This document shows positions 23,416 to 35,091 of a DNA stretch of 64,000 nucleotides, one piece after another. The notes beneath the pieces were generated by a model. That model was not told the origin of the DNA, did no database searches, and saw only the letters and a program-made list of their open reading frames with translations. The position numbers were made by a program, and so were the translations under genes. This DNA comes from Azolla caroliniana (Eukaryota > Plantae > Polypodiophyta), in contig JBHGNT010000015.1 of assembly GCA_043228905.1 (NCBI GenBank), forward strand, positions 992,001 to 1,056,000, written 5' to 3'. How positions within the stretch are numbered: the stretch's first letter is position 1; each line of letters begins with the position of its first letter.

Positions 23416-25147
23416 CTAGGAGGGCATGTAAGGACTTAGATTTTGTCCAACATATGAAAGGGTGTGAGATGCTTTTAAGCTCAGGATCTAACATTAAGTC
23501 ATTATAGAGATTTTTTAGAAAACTATGAATGCCTAGTTTTGGGGTATGTTTGGTGTATCTAAGTTTAAAGATTGTGGGGTTAAGGGAAGTAATAGTTTTG
23601 GGTTGATATAAGAGTGTTTTTCTAATATTAAAAGGTATTTTCTTATAGCTTTTTAGTATAAAGGACGGAGGGTAACCACGGTTAACTAGTCTATTGAAAA
23701 AGAGTTTTTTCATTTGGTAGAAACCTAATGGGGTGCTTTCTCTAATGAGATATTTCTTCGCTTCATTAGTGATAAAGTGTTGTTTCGCATGGGAAGGATG
23801 ATCCGATGAAAAAGGCAAGTATTGGTATGAATTTAGAGGTTTTTGAAAACAATTGAATAAAAAAGATGAATTTTCGAGGTTGATCCATATGTCTAAAAAA
23901 GGTAGCCGAAAGGGGGAAGTTTGAATGGTAAGCTTGATGGAGTTATTTGTGTGTAAAGGATAAAAGTCGAGATATTCTAAAAGTTGAGATTTGGTGCCTG
24001 TCCAGACCCCAAATGCATCATCAATATAGCGGGTGAAGTAGAAGAGATGGGGGGGCGATGGTTGTAAGTTTTCGAGATATACTAAAAAGAGGCATGCATA
24101 TACGACTGAAAAGTTGCTACCCATGGCCGTACCTTTTATTTGTTGGTAAACTATGTCATCGAAAGTGAGATAGTGATATTCTAAAATAAGGGCACTAAGG
24201 GTATAGATGAGATTTGTTTTCGAAGGGGAAAAGTGGGGGGTGATTAGACTACGTAGGGCTTGGAGTCCTAGCTTAGGGGGGATACTAGGATAGAGAGATT
24301 CAATGTCAAACGTGAATAAGAAACTATTAGATGGTGGGTGTAGGTTTTCTAGTGATTGGATTAGTGTGTGAGAGTCTTTTAGATATTGTGGTTGGAGAAG
24401 GAGGATTGGTAGAAGTTGGTGGTGTAACCACTTCGATGTTTGTTCAAATAAGGAATTATTATATGAACAAATGGGCCGAAAACCCATAGGTGTTTTGTGT
24501 GATTTAGGGAGGAAATAGAGGTTGGATACTTGATATCCTTTTTTGGGTTTGTGGAGGATGAAATTAGCTTCAATTGGGGAAAGTGTACCTAAGTGGTTTG
24601 TTATTATGTTATTAAGGCGGTATAATAACTCTTCCAAGGGGAAGTGGCTAACTCTCTTATAGGTGGTAGAATTTGAGAGGTGTTCTATGGCTTTGGTGTA
24701 GTATGTGTCTTTATCTAGAACACATACTCCCATATTTTTATCGGTTGGGAGGATGATAATGTGTTTGTTGTGTTGGAGGCTTTTAAAGGCTCTAGAGAGG
24801 TGGTATGGGATTCTAGTGTTTATGGGCTTAGTGTTGTGTGCTATTTGGTTAAGGATGTGTTGGTGTTTTTCTATTATGGAGACTAGGGGTGGATATTTTG
24901 TGGGTGGCATCCAACTACGTGTAAATGTGTAAGTGTAATTTTGAGAGTGAGTAATTACGTATGTGTACACATGCACATGTGTGTGCATGTGGACGGATAC
25001 AAGGAGGTGTGAGTGAGTGATTGGTGTGACTGTCCGAGGGGGCTTGCACCCCTGTGTATCTACCCTTTTGTAACTATTTAACCCCTTACGGGGAATGAAT
25101 GAAGGAGGAAGGAATAGTTCTCTCACAATCTCTCTCTCTCTTGTCAT
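23372..25147 (-). CDS. Penelope-like reverse transcriptase (uninterrupted ORF; true start uncertain)
   Basis: 591 aa: PTDKNMG, LYFLPKSHK..FRPICS, FDIESLYPSIP, QQIKGTAMGS, RYIDD, LPFLDI, YLPFSSDHP, RLVNRGYP. Ends after the thumb/linker with no GIY-YIG. Confidence 0.85.
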   Translation of the reverse strand: MTREREIVRELFLPPSFIPRKGLNSYKRVDTQGCKPPRTVTPITHSHLLVSVHMHTHVHVYTYVITHSQNYTYTFTRSWMPPTKYPPLVSIIEKHQHILNQIAHNTKPINTRIPYHLSRAFKSLQHNKHIIILPTDKNMGVCVLDKDTYYTKAIEHLSNSTTYKRVSHFPLEELLYRLNNIITNHLGTLSPIEANFILHKPKKGYQVSNLYFLPKSHKTPMGFRPICSYNNSLFEQTSKWLHHQLLPILLLQPQYLKDSHTLIQSLENLHPPSNSFLFTFDIESLYPSIPPKLGLQALRSLITPHFSPSKTNLIYTLSALILEYHYLTFDDIVYQQIKGTAMGSNFSVVYACLFLVYLENLQPSPPHLFYFTRYIDDAFGVWTGTKSQLLEYLDFYPLHTNNSIKLTIQTSPFRLPFLDIWINLENSSFLFNCFQKPLNSYQYLPFSSDHPSHAKQHFITNEAKKYLIRESTPLGFYQMKKLFFNRLVNRGYPPSFILKSYKKIPFNIRKTLLYQPKTITSLNPTIFKLRYTKHTPKLGIHSFLKNLYNDLMLDPELKSISHPFICWTKSKSLHALLVKTKFSKNPPKSPT

Positions 25148-25225
25148 CTCTCTTTCTCACTCTCTTCCCTTACGTTGAAACCCCTTGGGAGGGGGGTGGA
25201 GCCATTCTAGGCACCACCCCCCACC

Positions 25226-25339
25226 TATCAGGAATAGTACTAAACAGAGAGAGGATTAGTACTAAACAAAGAATTAGTACTAGAGAAGGGAAGTACTATT
25301 AGAACTAAGAGGACGGGACTGTGTAAGACTCCCGAGAGA

Positions 25340-25383
<44 letters not shown>

Positions 25384-28300
25384 GATGATAACAGATTATA
25401 TATTATAAGAAAAGTAAGTACAGAAGGGCTATGAGGCTAAAGACTAGCGTTGAACCAATTTGGTTCAACATAATGCCTAGCGCCCTCTTTTATAGTGTTC
25501 TCAGGAGTTATCCTGAAGCTTCTAGAATGTTCCAGAGAAATCTGGAATATACATTAATTTCCTATAATAAAATGAAAATGAAAATAATATCGTACATATT
25601 ACAAAAAATGATATAATGGTTAAGAGCTCGACCCATATAACCTAAGGTCATGGGTTCGAGTCTTGCCATATCATGACACTATCCCCCCTTTAAAACGACG
25701 AGTGTCACGAGTCGTTTTGGATGGAGGACCCGGTTTGTGTGGATATTGACGATGGAAGTCTTCAAGAAGCGCACGAGCATTGGTCACATTCTTGATCGGT
25801 TCCCAAGTACGTTCGCTGGGACTATAGCCTAGCCAATCGACTAGATAGTAGAGCTTGTTGCGAACAATCTTGGAATCAAGGATGGCGGCAACCTCGTACT
25901 CTGGTCCATCTTCAAGCTCGATCGGGGGTGGAGGTTGTATAATACGTCTTGGGATGGTGCTCTCGTGATAGGGTTCGAGGAGAGAACTATGAAACACCGG
26001 ATGTATCCGAAGTTGAGGAGGTAGATCGAGACGAAAAGCGACATCATTAATCTTTCCGATAATACGGAAAGGACCTAATCGCCGATAATCCAACTTCTCA
26101 CATGGGCGAGTAGTCTTGATGTGTCGTCGTAGCAGCCACACCCGATCTCCAATGTTAAAACTAGATGGAAGTCGATGACGATCCGCATAGACCTTGTGTG
26201 TTTGTTGAGCTTGCTAGAGATGAGTAGATAAATCTGCTTGTATCTTGCGTAACTGCTCCAAACGATCCTCCGCACAAGGATTTGTGGACACCTCTGGAGT
26301 TTCAAGTACACTCCACCGAGGGTGACATCCCGTATAAGCATAAAATGGCGTAACTTTAGTCGATGCGTGGATAGAGTTATTATAGGCAAATTCGGCGAAG
26401 TGGAGAATCTCTGCCTAGTTATCCTGATGATAGCTAAGAAAGCACCGCAGATACTGCTCCAGCGTTTGATTTGTTCGTTCGGCTTGGCCGTCGGTTTGTG
26501 GGTGGTAGTCGGAGGAGAGGTTACAAGTGACCTTGAGCATTTTAAAAAGGTGCTTCCAGAATTTTGACACGAACTGGGGTCCACGGTCGTTGACGATACT
26601 ATTGGGAAGTCCATGATGCCGACATACTCCACGCATGACAATTTCGGCGGTGTCTTCACTGGAGATTTCCTTAGTACATGACAAGAAATGAGCCATCTTC
26701 GTATATCAATCTACCACTGTTAGAATCGCATTGAACCCCTTAGAGACTGGAAGATCTGTGATGAAGTCGAGAGCAATGGATTGCCACGGCTTGCTTGGAA
26801 TTGGTAATGGTTCTAATAAACCATATGGATGATGCCTTGGCATTTTCGCTCTGCAGCATGTATCACAAGTCCAAACAAAATCTTCGACAAATTGTCGCAT
26901 ACAGGGCCACCAGAATGATCGTTGTACTAAATCTAATGTTTTAGTACTACCAAAATGTCCAACTTTATATGTATCATGACAGTTTTGTACTACTCGAAGG
27001 CGGCAAGAACCATTAGGAACATACAAAAGTTCTTTAAAGAAGAGTAATCCATCATGGTATTTGAATTGCCGATAGTCCGTACATGGTGGTTGTGACTGTG
27101 AACACGACGCGCGAGAGGGATCAATTTGTGCTAGTATAGCTTGGGCGAAAGCATCTTTCTTCAGGTCCACACGTATGATATTGATAACGTGGGAATCCAT
27201 GGGCATGCCAAAAACCTGTGTTGCTTGCAGTCGTGCCGGTCCCAAGATTACTTGCTTTTGGTTATTGAAAGCCGGCTCGCCGGGACGTGGTGTTAGATAC
27301 GAACGCCGTGATAATGCATCTGCCTTCCCTTGGTGCTTTCCCGGACGATATGTAATTTTGAAGTCGAAACGCGTGAGGAAGTGGGCCCACCGAGCTTGAC
27401 GTCGATTTAACACACGAGCATCCTGAAAGTAGGCAAGGTTTTTATGGTCACTAAATACGGTGACTTGATGAGAGGATCCTTCTAAAAAATGCCTCCATTG
27501 CATAAACGAGTCCACTATTGCCAATAGCTCCTTATCATGAAATTCGTAATTGATTTCGGCGGCGTCAAACTTGCGTGAGTGAAAAGCCACAGGATGTAGC
27601 TTCTCATCATGACCCCGTTGTGACAGAATGCTCCCCAATGCGAAATATGATGCGTCAGCTTCGATAATGAATGGTTGTTCCGGATTCATGAGCTAGAATT
27701 GGAGCCGATGTAAATGCCTTTTTAAGATTCTCGAAAGCCATATCTGCTTCTTCAGACCAAACGAACGATTGTCCCTTCTTGGTAATCTGTGTGAGAGGCA
27801 GAACGAGCTTTGAGTAATCTTGTATAAACTTCCGGTAAAAATTGGCAAAGCCTAAAAAACATTGCACATCCCGCACCGAGCACGGAGCCTGCCATTCTAC
27901 CACCGTCTTGACCTTAGCTGGGTCCATGGAGATGCCTTCTGATGAAATGACGTAGCCGAGAAATTCCACCTGGTTGCACCCGAAACTACCTTTTTCTAGC
28001 TTTGCGTAAAGACCGTGTTCTCAAAGTCGTTTTAGTACTAACAGTACATGAGAATCATGCTCTTCTTCGGTCTTTGAATAAACCAGTAGATCATGCAAGT
28101 AGATGATCATACACACATCCAAGAGATCTCGGAATATATCATTTGCCATGTGCTGGAAGACTGCAGGCGCATTAGTGAGGCCGAACGGCATGACCGTATA
28201 CTCGAAGTGCCCATATCTAGTGCAGAACACGGTCTTCCATTCATCTTCTGGTCGGATCCGTACGAGGTTATAGGCCCCCCCGTAAGTCGATTTTCGTGAA

Positions 28301-30940
28301 GAACTTGGCACCATTGATCCGTTCTAAAAGACTTGAGATAAGGGGAAGTGCATACCTATTGCGGATTGTAACTTTATTCAAGCCACGGTAATCTACCACC
28401 AGACGAAGTGAGCCATCCTTTTTCTTGACGAAGAAAATGGGTGCACCGGCTGGAGATTTCGAATGTCGAATGAATCCATTCTCCAAATTCTCCTCTATAT
28501 AGGCTCAAAGGACTTCTAGCTCGGTTGGTGACAAATTGTAGATCGGTCCCCATGGTAGCTCTTTCCCCGGTTGTAAATCGATGGGGCAATCATATGGTCG
28601 ATGGTGAGGAAGCGTATTGGCTCGTACTTTATCGAATACATCGGCATAATGATGATACTTCTTTGGAAGTTGAACGATGGACTCCTCTTTAATGGTGTTG
28701 GAGAGTTTTAGTGATATTGGGAAGAGAAACATTTCTTCCTTGCGTCCTTCTTCCCGCAACTGATGTAGTGAAATGGTGGCAATCTTCTGAGTAGATCCTC
28801 GGGTTTGTCGACATTGGATTTCTCTTGTTCTCCAATCTATGTATGGGTTATGTAACTCAAACCATGGTAATCCCAAAACGATGGGATGTTCTAAGATACT
28901 AATAATGTTAAATGATACTACACATGCTAAGTTATCTAGGACAATATTAATGGGTTCTGACTCTTCTATGATATTTCCAGAAGCAATGGGACGACCATCA
29001 ATGACGACTATAGAGGCTGGTCACAAGAGTTTTCTAAGAGATATTTGATGAGCTTGGGCAAAATTCCTATCCATAAAGCAAGAATTAGCTCCGGAGTCTA
29101 GAAGTGCTAAGACGTGTATTGGAGGGGTACTTTTAGTACTAACTGTTACTTGGGCTACGAACACATTGCTAACTTGCTTAGAGGGAATGGAACCACTAAT
29201 GGGCTGCACAAATCTAGGGTTGTCCAACCAAACGGCTCCTATTTTGGCTGGACTTAGTCGTTTAACTCTTCTTCTAACTGACTAAGGACATCAAATTTGT
29301 TCGTTAGATCTAGGCTATTAGTACTATTAGTACTATCAGATATCCCTACTGTAATAGGCTCGGGTTTAGTACAATTAGAACTAGCAACTATTTGGTTTAC
29401 CTGTCTTCTTGGCCTATGGGGACAATTTATTGCAATGTGTCCTGGTCCACCGCAGTAGAGACATAGTCAATTTGTTCGGCGTCGCTGCTTTTCTTCTTCG
29501 GATAATGGTCCTCGACAACGTGTAGTGTCAATCTCCATTGGAGTCGGAGTATTCACTAGAGGCGCATTATAGTACTCCCTGGGTAAAGGTTTTGCTACCA
29601 TTGAGGCGTAGGTGGGCTCTGATCTTGCCCTCGGCATCTGTAGTTGTCATTCCGAACGTCGCTCAAAGAGGCGGTTATCACATCTCACCGCGCAATTGAT
29701 TGCTTATGTTAAGGACTTTGGCTCTTCAGGGAAAGTCAAGAGTAAATCCTTGACATCGTTGTGTAAACCATAACAAAATTGCTCCATCAACGCGTGATCA
29801 TCCCAAGGGATGTCAGCGGCGAGTAGGCGGAAATCTGCAGCGTATGCAGAGGCTAGACGGTTTCCTTGGCGTAATCGCCGGATTTTGTTGATTGCGGTCC
29901 TTATGTTGTCAGTATCCCCAAAGCATGATTTAAACTCACCTATAAACTCTTCAAAGTTGTTGAGTAGTGGAGACTCCTTTTCCAACAGTGGAGCGAACCA
30001 TGCCAATGTTGAGCCACTTAACAACGTCCCTACTAAACCCAGTCGTGATGCATCGGTAGGATATCGGGAAGGATGCATTTGAATAACTAATCGTACATGA
30101 TTAAGGAACCCTCTAAACTGCGCTCGTGTTCCATCGAACTTCGTGGGAAGGCCAATCTTGGGCTCCTTATGAATCCCTTGTGTTCTGGGGCCTTGTTGTT
30201 GCATCGCTATGATGGTTGCTTCGAGTTGTTGCACGCGTAATGCAAGTTCCCCATGTTGTTGTTGCGTTTGCTGCTTTTCTAAGGAGATTTGTTGAAGATC
30301 CCCCAGTAATCGTTGATTTTCTTGTTCCAAAGCAAGGAACTTCTCTTTCAAGCATTGAAACTCCGAGAAAACAATTTGATATTCCTGAGCGCTAATTGTG
30401 GCCATGGGATGAAAAGAAAAGAGGAATAAGAGATTAGTATGAAGGGAGAGAGACAGAAGGGAAATTTGGTTCAAACTGTCAAGAATAGTACTAAATAGAG
30501 AGAGGATTAGTACTAAACAAAGAATTAGTACTAGAGAAGGGAAGTACTATTAGAACTAAGAGGACGGGACTGCGTAAGACGCCCGAGAGAGGAAGAGAGG
30601 AGAAGAGAGAGAGAGATAGCGAGGACGAGAGAGAGAGAGAGAGATGATTATAACAGATTATATATTATAAGAAAAGTAAGTACAGAAGGGCTATGAGGCT
30701 AAAGACTAGCGTTGAACCAATTTGGTTCAACATAATGCCTAGCGCCCTCTTTTATAGTGTTCTCAGGAGTTATCCTGAAGCTTCTAGAATGTTCCAGAGA
30801 AATCTGGAATATACATTAATTTCCTATAATAAAATGAAAATGAAAATAATATCCTACGTATTACAATAGATGATATAATGGTTAAGAGCTCGACCCATAT
30901 AACCTAAGGTCATGGGTTCGAGTCTTGCCATATCATAACA
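25226..30940 (-). mobile_element. Full-length but frameshifted Tcn1-like chromovirus (gag-PR-RT-RH-IN-chromodomain)
   Basis: LTRs 25226-25678 and 30477-30940; 5-bp TSD CCACC; PPT next to 25679; gag 29704-30474; LLDSGANSCF; RT/RH/IN fragments; chromodomain EYEVAAILDSK..YLVDWLGY (25671-26141). Confidence 0.93.
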
Positions 30941-31668
30941 CCACCCCTCAATGCTTGTCAATCACCATCATATTCTCTCTCACCATCATACCATTCATCA
31001 TCTCCACTATTACACCATGTCTATCTTCATCATCAATCATCATCATTATCATAAATATTAACTCTAACCCTAAAACATACAACACACACAAGGAGCTTAA
31101 ATGCCAACTAAAGGAATTTGAAGAAGTAAGAAAGAGCACCCAAGTTGAGCTCCAATACCCCAACAAAGAATTGTGAGTCATGCCCGCCCAATTGGAAGAA
31201 AGGAAGAATCTTATCTCATATGGCATCCAAGGCCTTTGAGTAGAGATCTAACCAAAATATTGGAGAACCAATAGGTTGTTCACTTGGAGTACATGATGCA
31301 CATTGAAGATGCATTAGCAACAACCGGCATTAAGTTGCACAATATAAACATGGAACTAATACAAGTGCATCGAAATATCTAGGCTAATAAAAATGAAATC
31401 CAATGTCTCTTCATAGAATGGAAGAAAATTGGAGTTAACCTCTACTCAATAGGAGAAGAGAGAGATGCATATAAAGTTGCAATTGTAGTGATCATATTTG
31501 TTAAAAAAACCTATATTTTATGTTTAGAACATGTTTTAGAATACTCTTAAGTATTTTGCATGTATTTTGTGTTTTAGAACAACCATTTTGAAATGTTTCA
31601 CATATTCTACATATTCTAAGGATTTTAAAAAGGGGTAGAATACATAACATACACATTGTATGCTAAGT

Positions 31669-32775
31669 TTTTTTTTTAACAAAACTACTCCATAGTTTCC
31701 ATTACCAATCCAATAAGTGTATACAAAGCATATAATGATACAATATAGTGGAGGGTAAGATAACAGAGAAAAGGTATATCCCCCACTATGTCATAATTGA
31801 AACCAACTCTACCTATGGAGGAAACAACCATCGAGCGGGTACATACTGCCAAACCTTTTCTTTTCTTTTTTCAAAAAAAAACTCCTTCCATTAGTTATAA
31901 AATTTTACAAATGAGATGATTATGTACAAATCCTTGTAGGGACGTGATAGTTCCATCTTATGTGGATGCCCACTGACTCCAGAAAGGGAGAAGACGACCA
32001 TTGTTGGATGAAGGCTATTCGTTGTCTTTCAACTCCATCGGAGCTGCCCTTGAGGCTATCATATTGTCTCTTTAGAGTGGCTACAATTTCACTCCATCAT
32101 ATTGCCAAACCATTTTGTCATTTCTCTCCACAAAGATGAACAAATCCTTCCACTTTCCTTTAAAGGATTGTTGTTTTAGAAAAATGGTATCTTCATTACC
32201 AGTGAAGCAGTCACATTGACCTTTTAAAATCGAAATAAGCATCGACCAAATTTTCATCACACAATGAACAGGATTTTGTTTTATTTACTTAAAAACATTT
32301 TGCATCGATCTATCCAAATATTCCACAGAACCACTAATGATATCGTAATCATACTGTGGCATCCACATTCAACCAATTTGAGCTTGAATATGGTATGTCC
32401 TTAACTTGCCTTCCCCTAGTTTGAAGGTTAAATAGTATATTTTCCCTTTCATAATTATGCTTATCCACATTTACATCCATCCAAAAGACATTTCCCCATA
32501 TAATCACATTAGGTCCATACGCAACATCAATGAGGCACAACATACGTTTCCAAACAGAACATGCATCCATACAGTTCCATAAGGCATGTTGCATTGATTC
32601 CAAATGAAACCCACAAAAAGAGCAGGTTTTGATTCCCTCTTCCCTATGCATCCATTCCAAGACTTGAAGTGCATTGCGGACAAATAACTATCTAAATGTA
32701 ATGATTTTGCAAGGAATCCGCAAAGCCCACAACCATTTCCAAAACACCAATATTGAATGCATAGGAATATTATTA
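31669..32775 (-). mobile_element. L1 LINE 3' part (zf-RVT and poly-A); continues at 53405-54687
   Basis: CSFCGFHLESMQHALWNC; poly-T on + at 31668-31677; candidate TSD GTATG(C/T)TAAGT at 31658-31668 and 54688-54698. Confidence 0.8.
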
Positions 32776-35091
32776 TGCGATCTCGGCCATCTGGCCGACG
32801 CCCTAAGCCAGTCGAAGGCACTTCCGACTCGGCGGTCACGGACCAGCTTTTCCAAGAAATATCGGAGGCTCACCAGTTGCAATCCTCGCCACCTGCTACT
32901 CGATCACGAGTTGAGTCCACACCAACCTCTCCACCAAGCCCTCCAGAGGTCACCCACCCTGACCCTAACCCTTTTCCGGTTTTGGAAGACCCTGAATTCG
33001 ATACCTGCCGTATCCTTACCCACGATACACCGACAACCCCGACGCGGAGTCGCACATCTGTGCCTTCGTGTCCACCTGGCAGGCCAACCACTTAACACAG
33101 CAATTCTCACCTGCCGAAATCGAGGCGTCAAAAATTGCCGAGTTTACGCTATCCCTCGATGGACCAACCACGCGATGGTATTCTTGCCTCGACACAGGGG
33201 AGTTTGTCACCTTCCACGATGTTCGCACGTAGTTCCTAGAACTGTTCCATCGCGAGGTGCCCAAACGAGAATTTCTCCGACAATTCTTTTCCATGCGACA
33301 AGAACCGCACGAGACAGTCGCACAGTTCACGATCCGGTTCCAGGATCTCTACAGACAAGTGGCCGACGATGTCTCTGCATAGCACATTCCGGACGCATTC
33401 CTATCCAGCCTACGGGAGCCTCTACGGACGACTCTCGCACTTACTAATTTTGCCAACCAAACAATCGAGCAAGTCATAGCGCGCGTCCTCGCCCTCGATC
33501 GGATTCAGCAAAGCACGACTTTCTCTATGAGTTCACTGCAAAGCGCCCTTCCCTAGGAGGACAATCACTTCCACCAAGCCCTCCAATGCACAGTTTGCTC
33601 GGGGATCGGGCCATCTGGCCCTCAAATGTCCTCACCGGCCACAGTGTCTGATCTACCAGTCCCGATCTCACACTGTCGAGCACTGTGAATACAATATGCT
33701 CAACCGCACAACGACGGCCCCGGTTCACCAGATCGAGCCCAGGGATACATACTCTCGTCAGGACGAGCGACAATCCTACCGGAACCAGGGTAACCAACGA
33801 CCCCGATCGCTGGATAGACGGCGTCGTGACGACGATTACCATCGGGACGATGACCGTTACCAAAACGACAACCGACGGAGATCAGACAACCGTCGTGATC
33901 GCTATCATGATGACCAGTATCGGGCAAACGACGATTATGATCGGAATGAAGATGATTGGGAGGACCAATATGATCAGTGAAATTCCCGTAATGATCAGCG
34001 CAACTCTCACCGAGGATTGCGCAACAACAGAAGGAATAACGACAACCGTCTTCGGGACCCCCCGCAAAATGAACCGCGCAGCTCGAACGCGCCCTGGACC
34101 AACCCTCCAACACACGAGGCCAGGAATCAACCGCACCCCCCCACACACACAGATCGGGCTGGCACCAGCAACTCGGTCGTCGTTACCTGCTTCAAGTGCA
34201 ACCAACCTGGTCGCTACGCTACGCAATGCCAAACAACAGACCGCGGAAAGGCTCCTGTCGTGAATAGTATTATGGCCTATGTGCAAAACGTCACAACACG
34301 CTGTCGGGGTTACTACGCCCTTGCGTGTAGAAAGGAGGAGGGACCACGGGGGTCTTGGACCGAAGAGCAAGAGAGAGAGGAGTAAGAGAGAGAGACCCGA
34401 TTACACAGAACCGAAGATCCGATTGCGCAGAACCGGCAATTGCACAGGGACACGGCCCAACAAACAGAGACCACAAATAAACGCCGACGCAGATGGACGC
34501 AACAACGAAAGATATGTACTTATGAATACAAGAAAATAACAGACTAAAGTATTACAACCCACGGTGGGGCACGAAATAGATACTAACGAAAACGAACAGG
34601 GCGGCGAACAGATGCCGACCCCCCTGTATGTCTTGACGCACAGAAAGGGAAATCAGGTCGGAGGTGCTGCAGGACGCACTCGGGGCGTTCCACGGAACAG
34701 CGCAAGCCTCCTCGAAACCTGCACAGGTACGCGATGGAGCAGAAGACAAAGAAAACAGGAGTGAGAGAGAAGCTCCGAAATCGGTTCGGCAGCACTTCGT
34801 CCTCTCCGCGCGAGATCCCCCCTTCTCCTCTTCCTCTTCCTTTTTATTGCCCGTCAAGAGGCCGTTTGGCATTAACTGCATACCAAACGAATCTTCCCCC
34901 TCCGATCCTCGTATGTACCCACTTCGTCCTTAGGTACTTCTTGGCGCGCGTGTGTGTGTAGAGCCGTTTCCCACGCCTTGTTCCTCCGATTCCTCTCGTG
35001 GGCGGTTTTCTTCACGACATCCGCCCCCACCTAACCGCGCATCCACCGGCATGCGCCAAGTTAAGTTGGCACGGAGAAAACCGGCCCGCCT

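Larger units (their letters stand above)
22882..25147 (-). mobile_element. Penelope-like retroelement (PLE) without a GIY-YIG endonuclease in this copy
   Basis: PLE-type RT ORF, 3' 40-bp tandem array, same-strand hammerhead, ends at a (GA)n tract. Boundaries are approximate and no TSD was seen. Confidence 0.85.

Noticed and set aside
25608-25678. Functional tRNA gene in the LTR
   Set aside because: Has A/B-box-like motifs but no proper cloverleaf (no D or anticodon arm geometry); reported only as tRNA-like.
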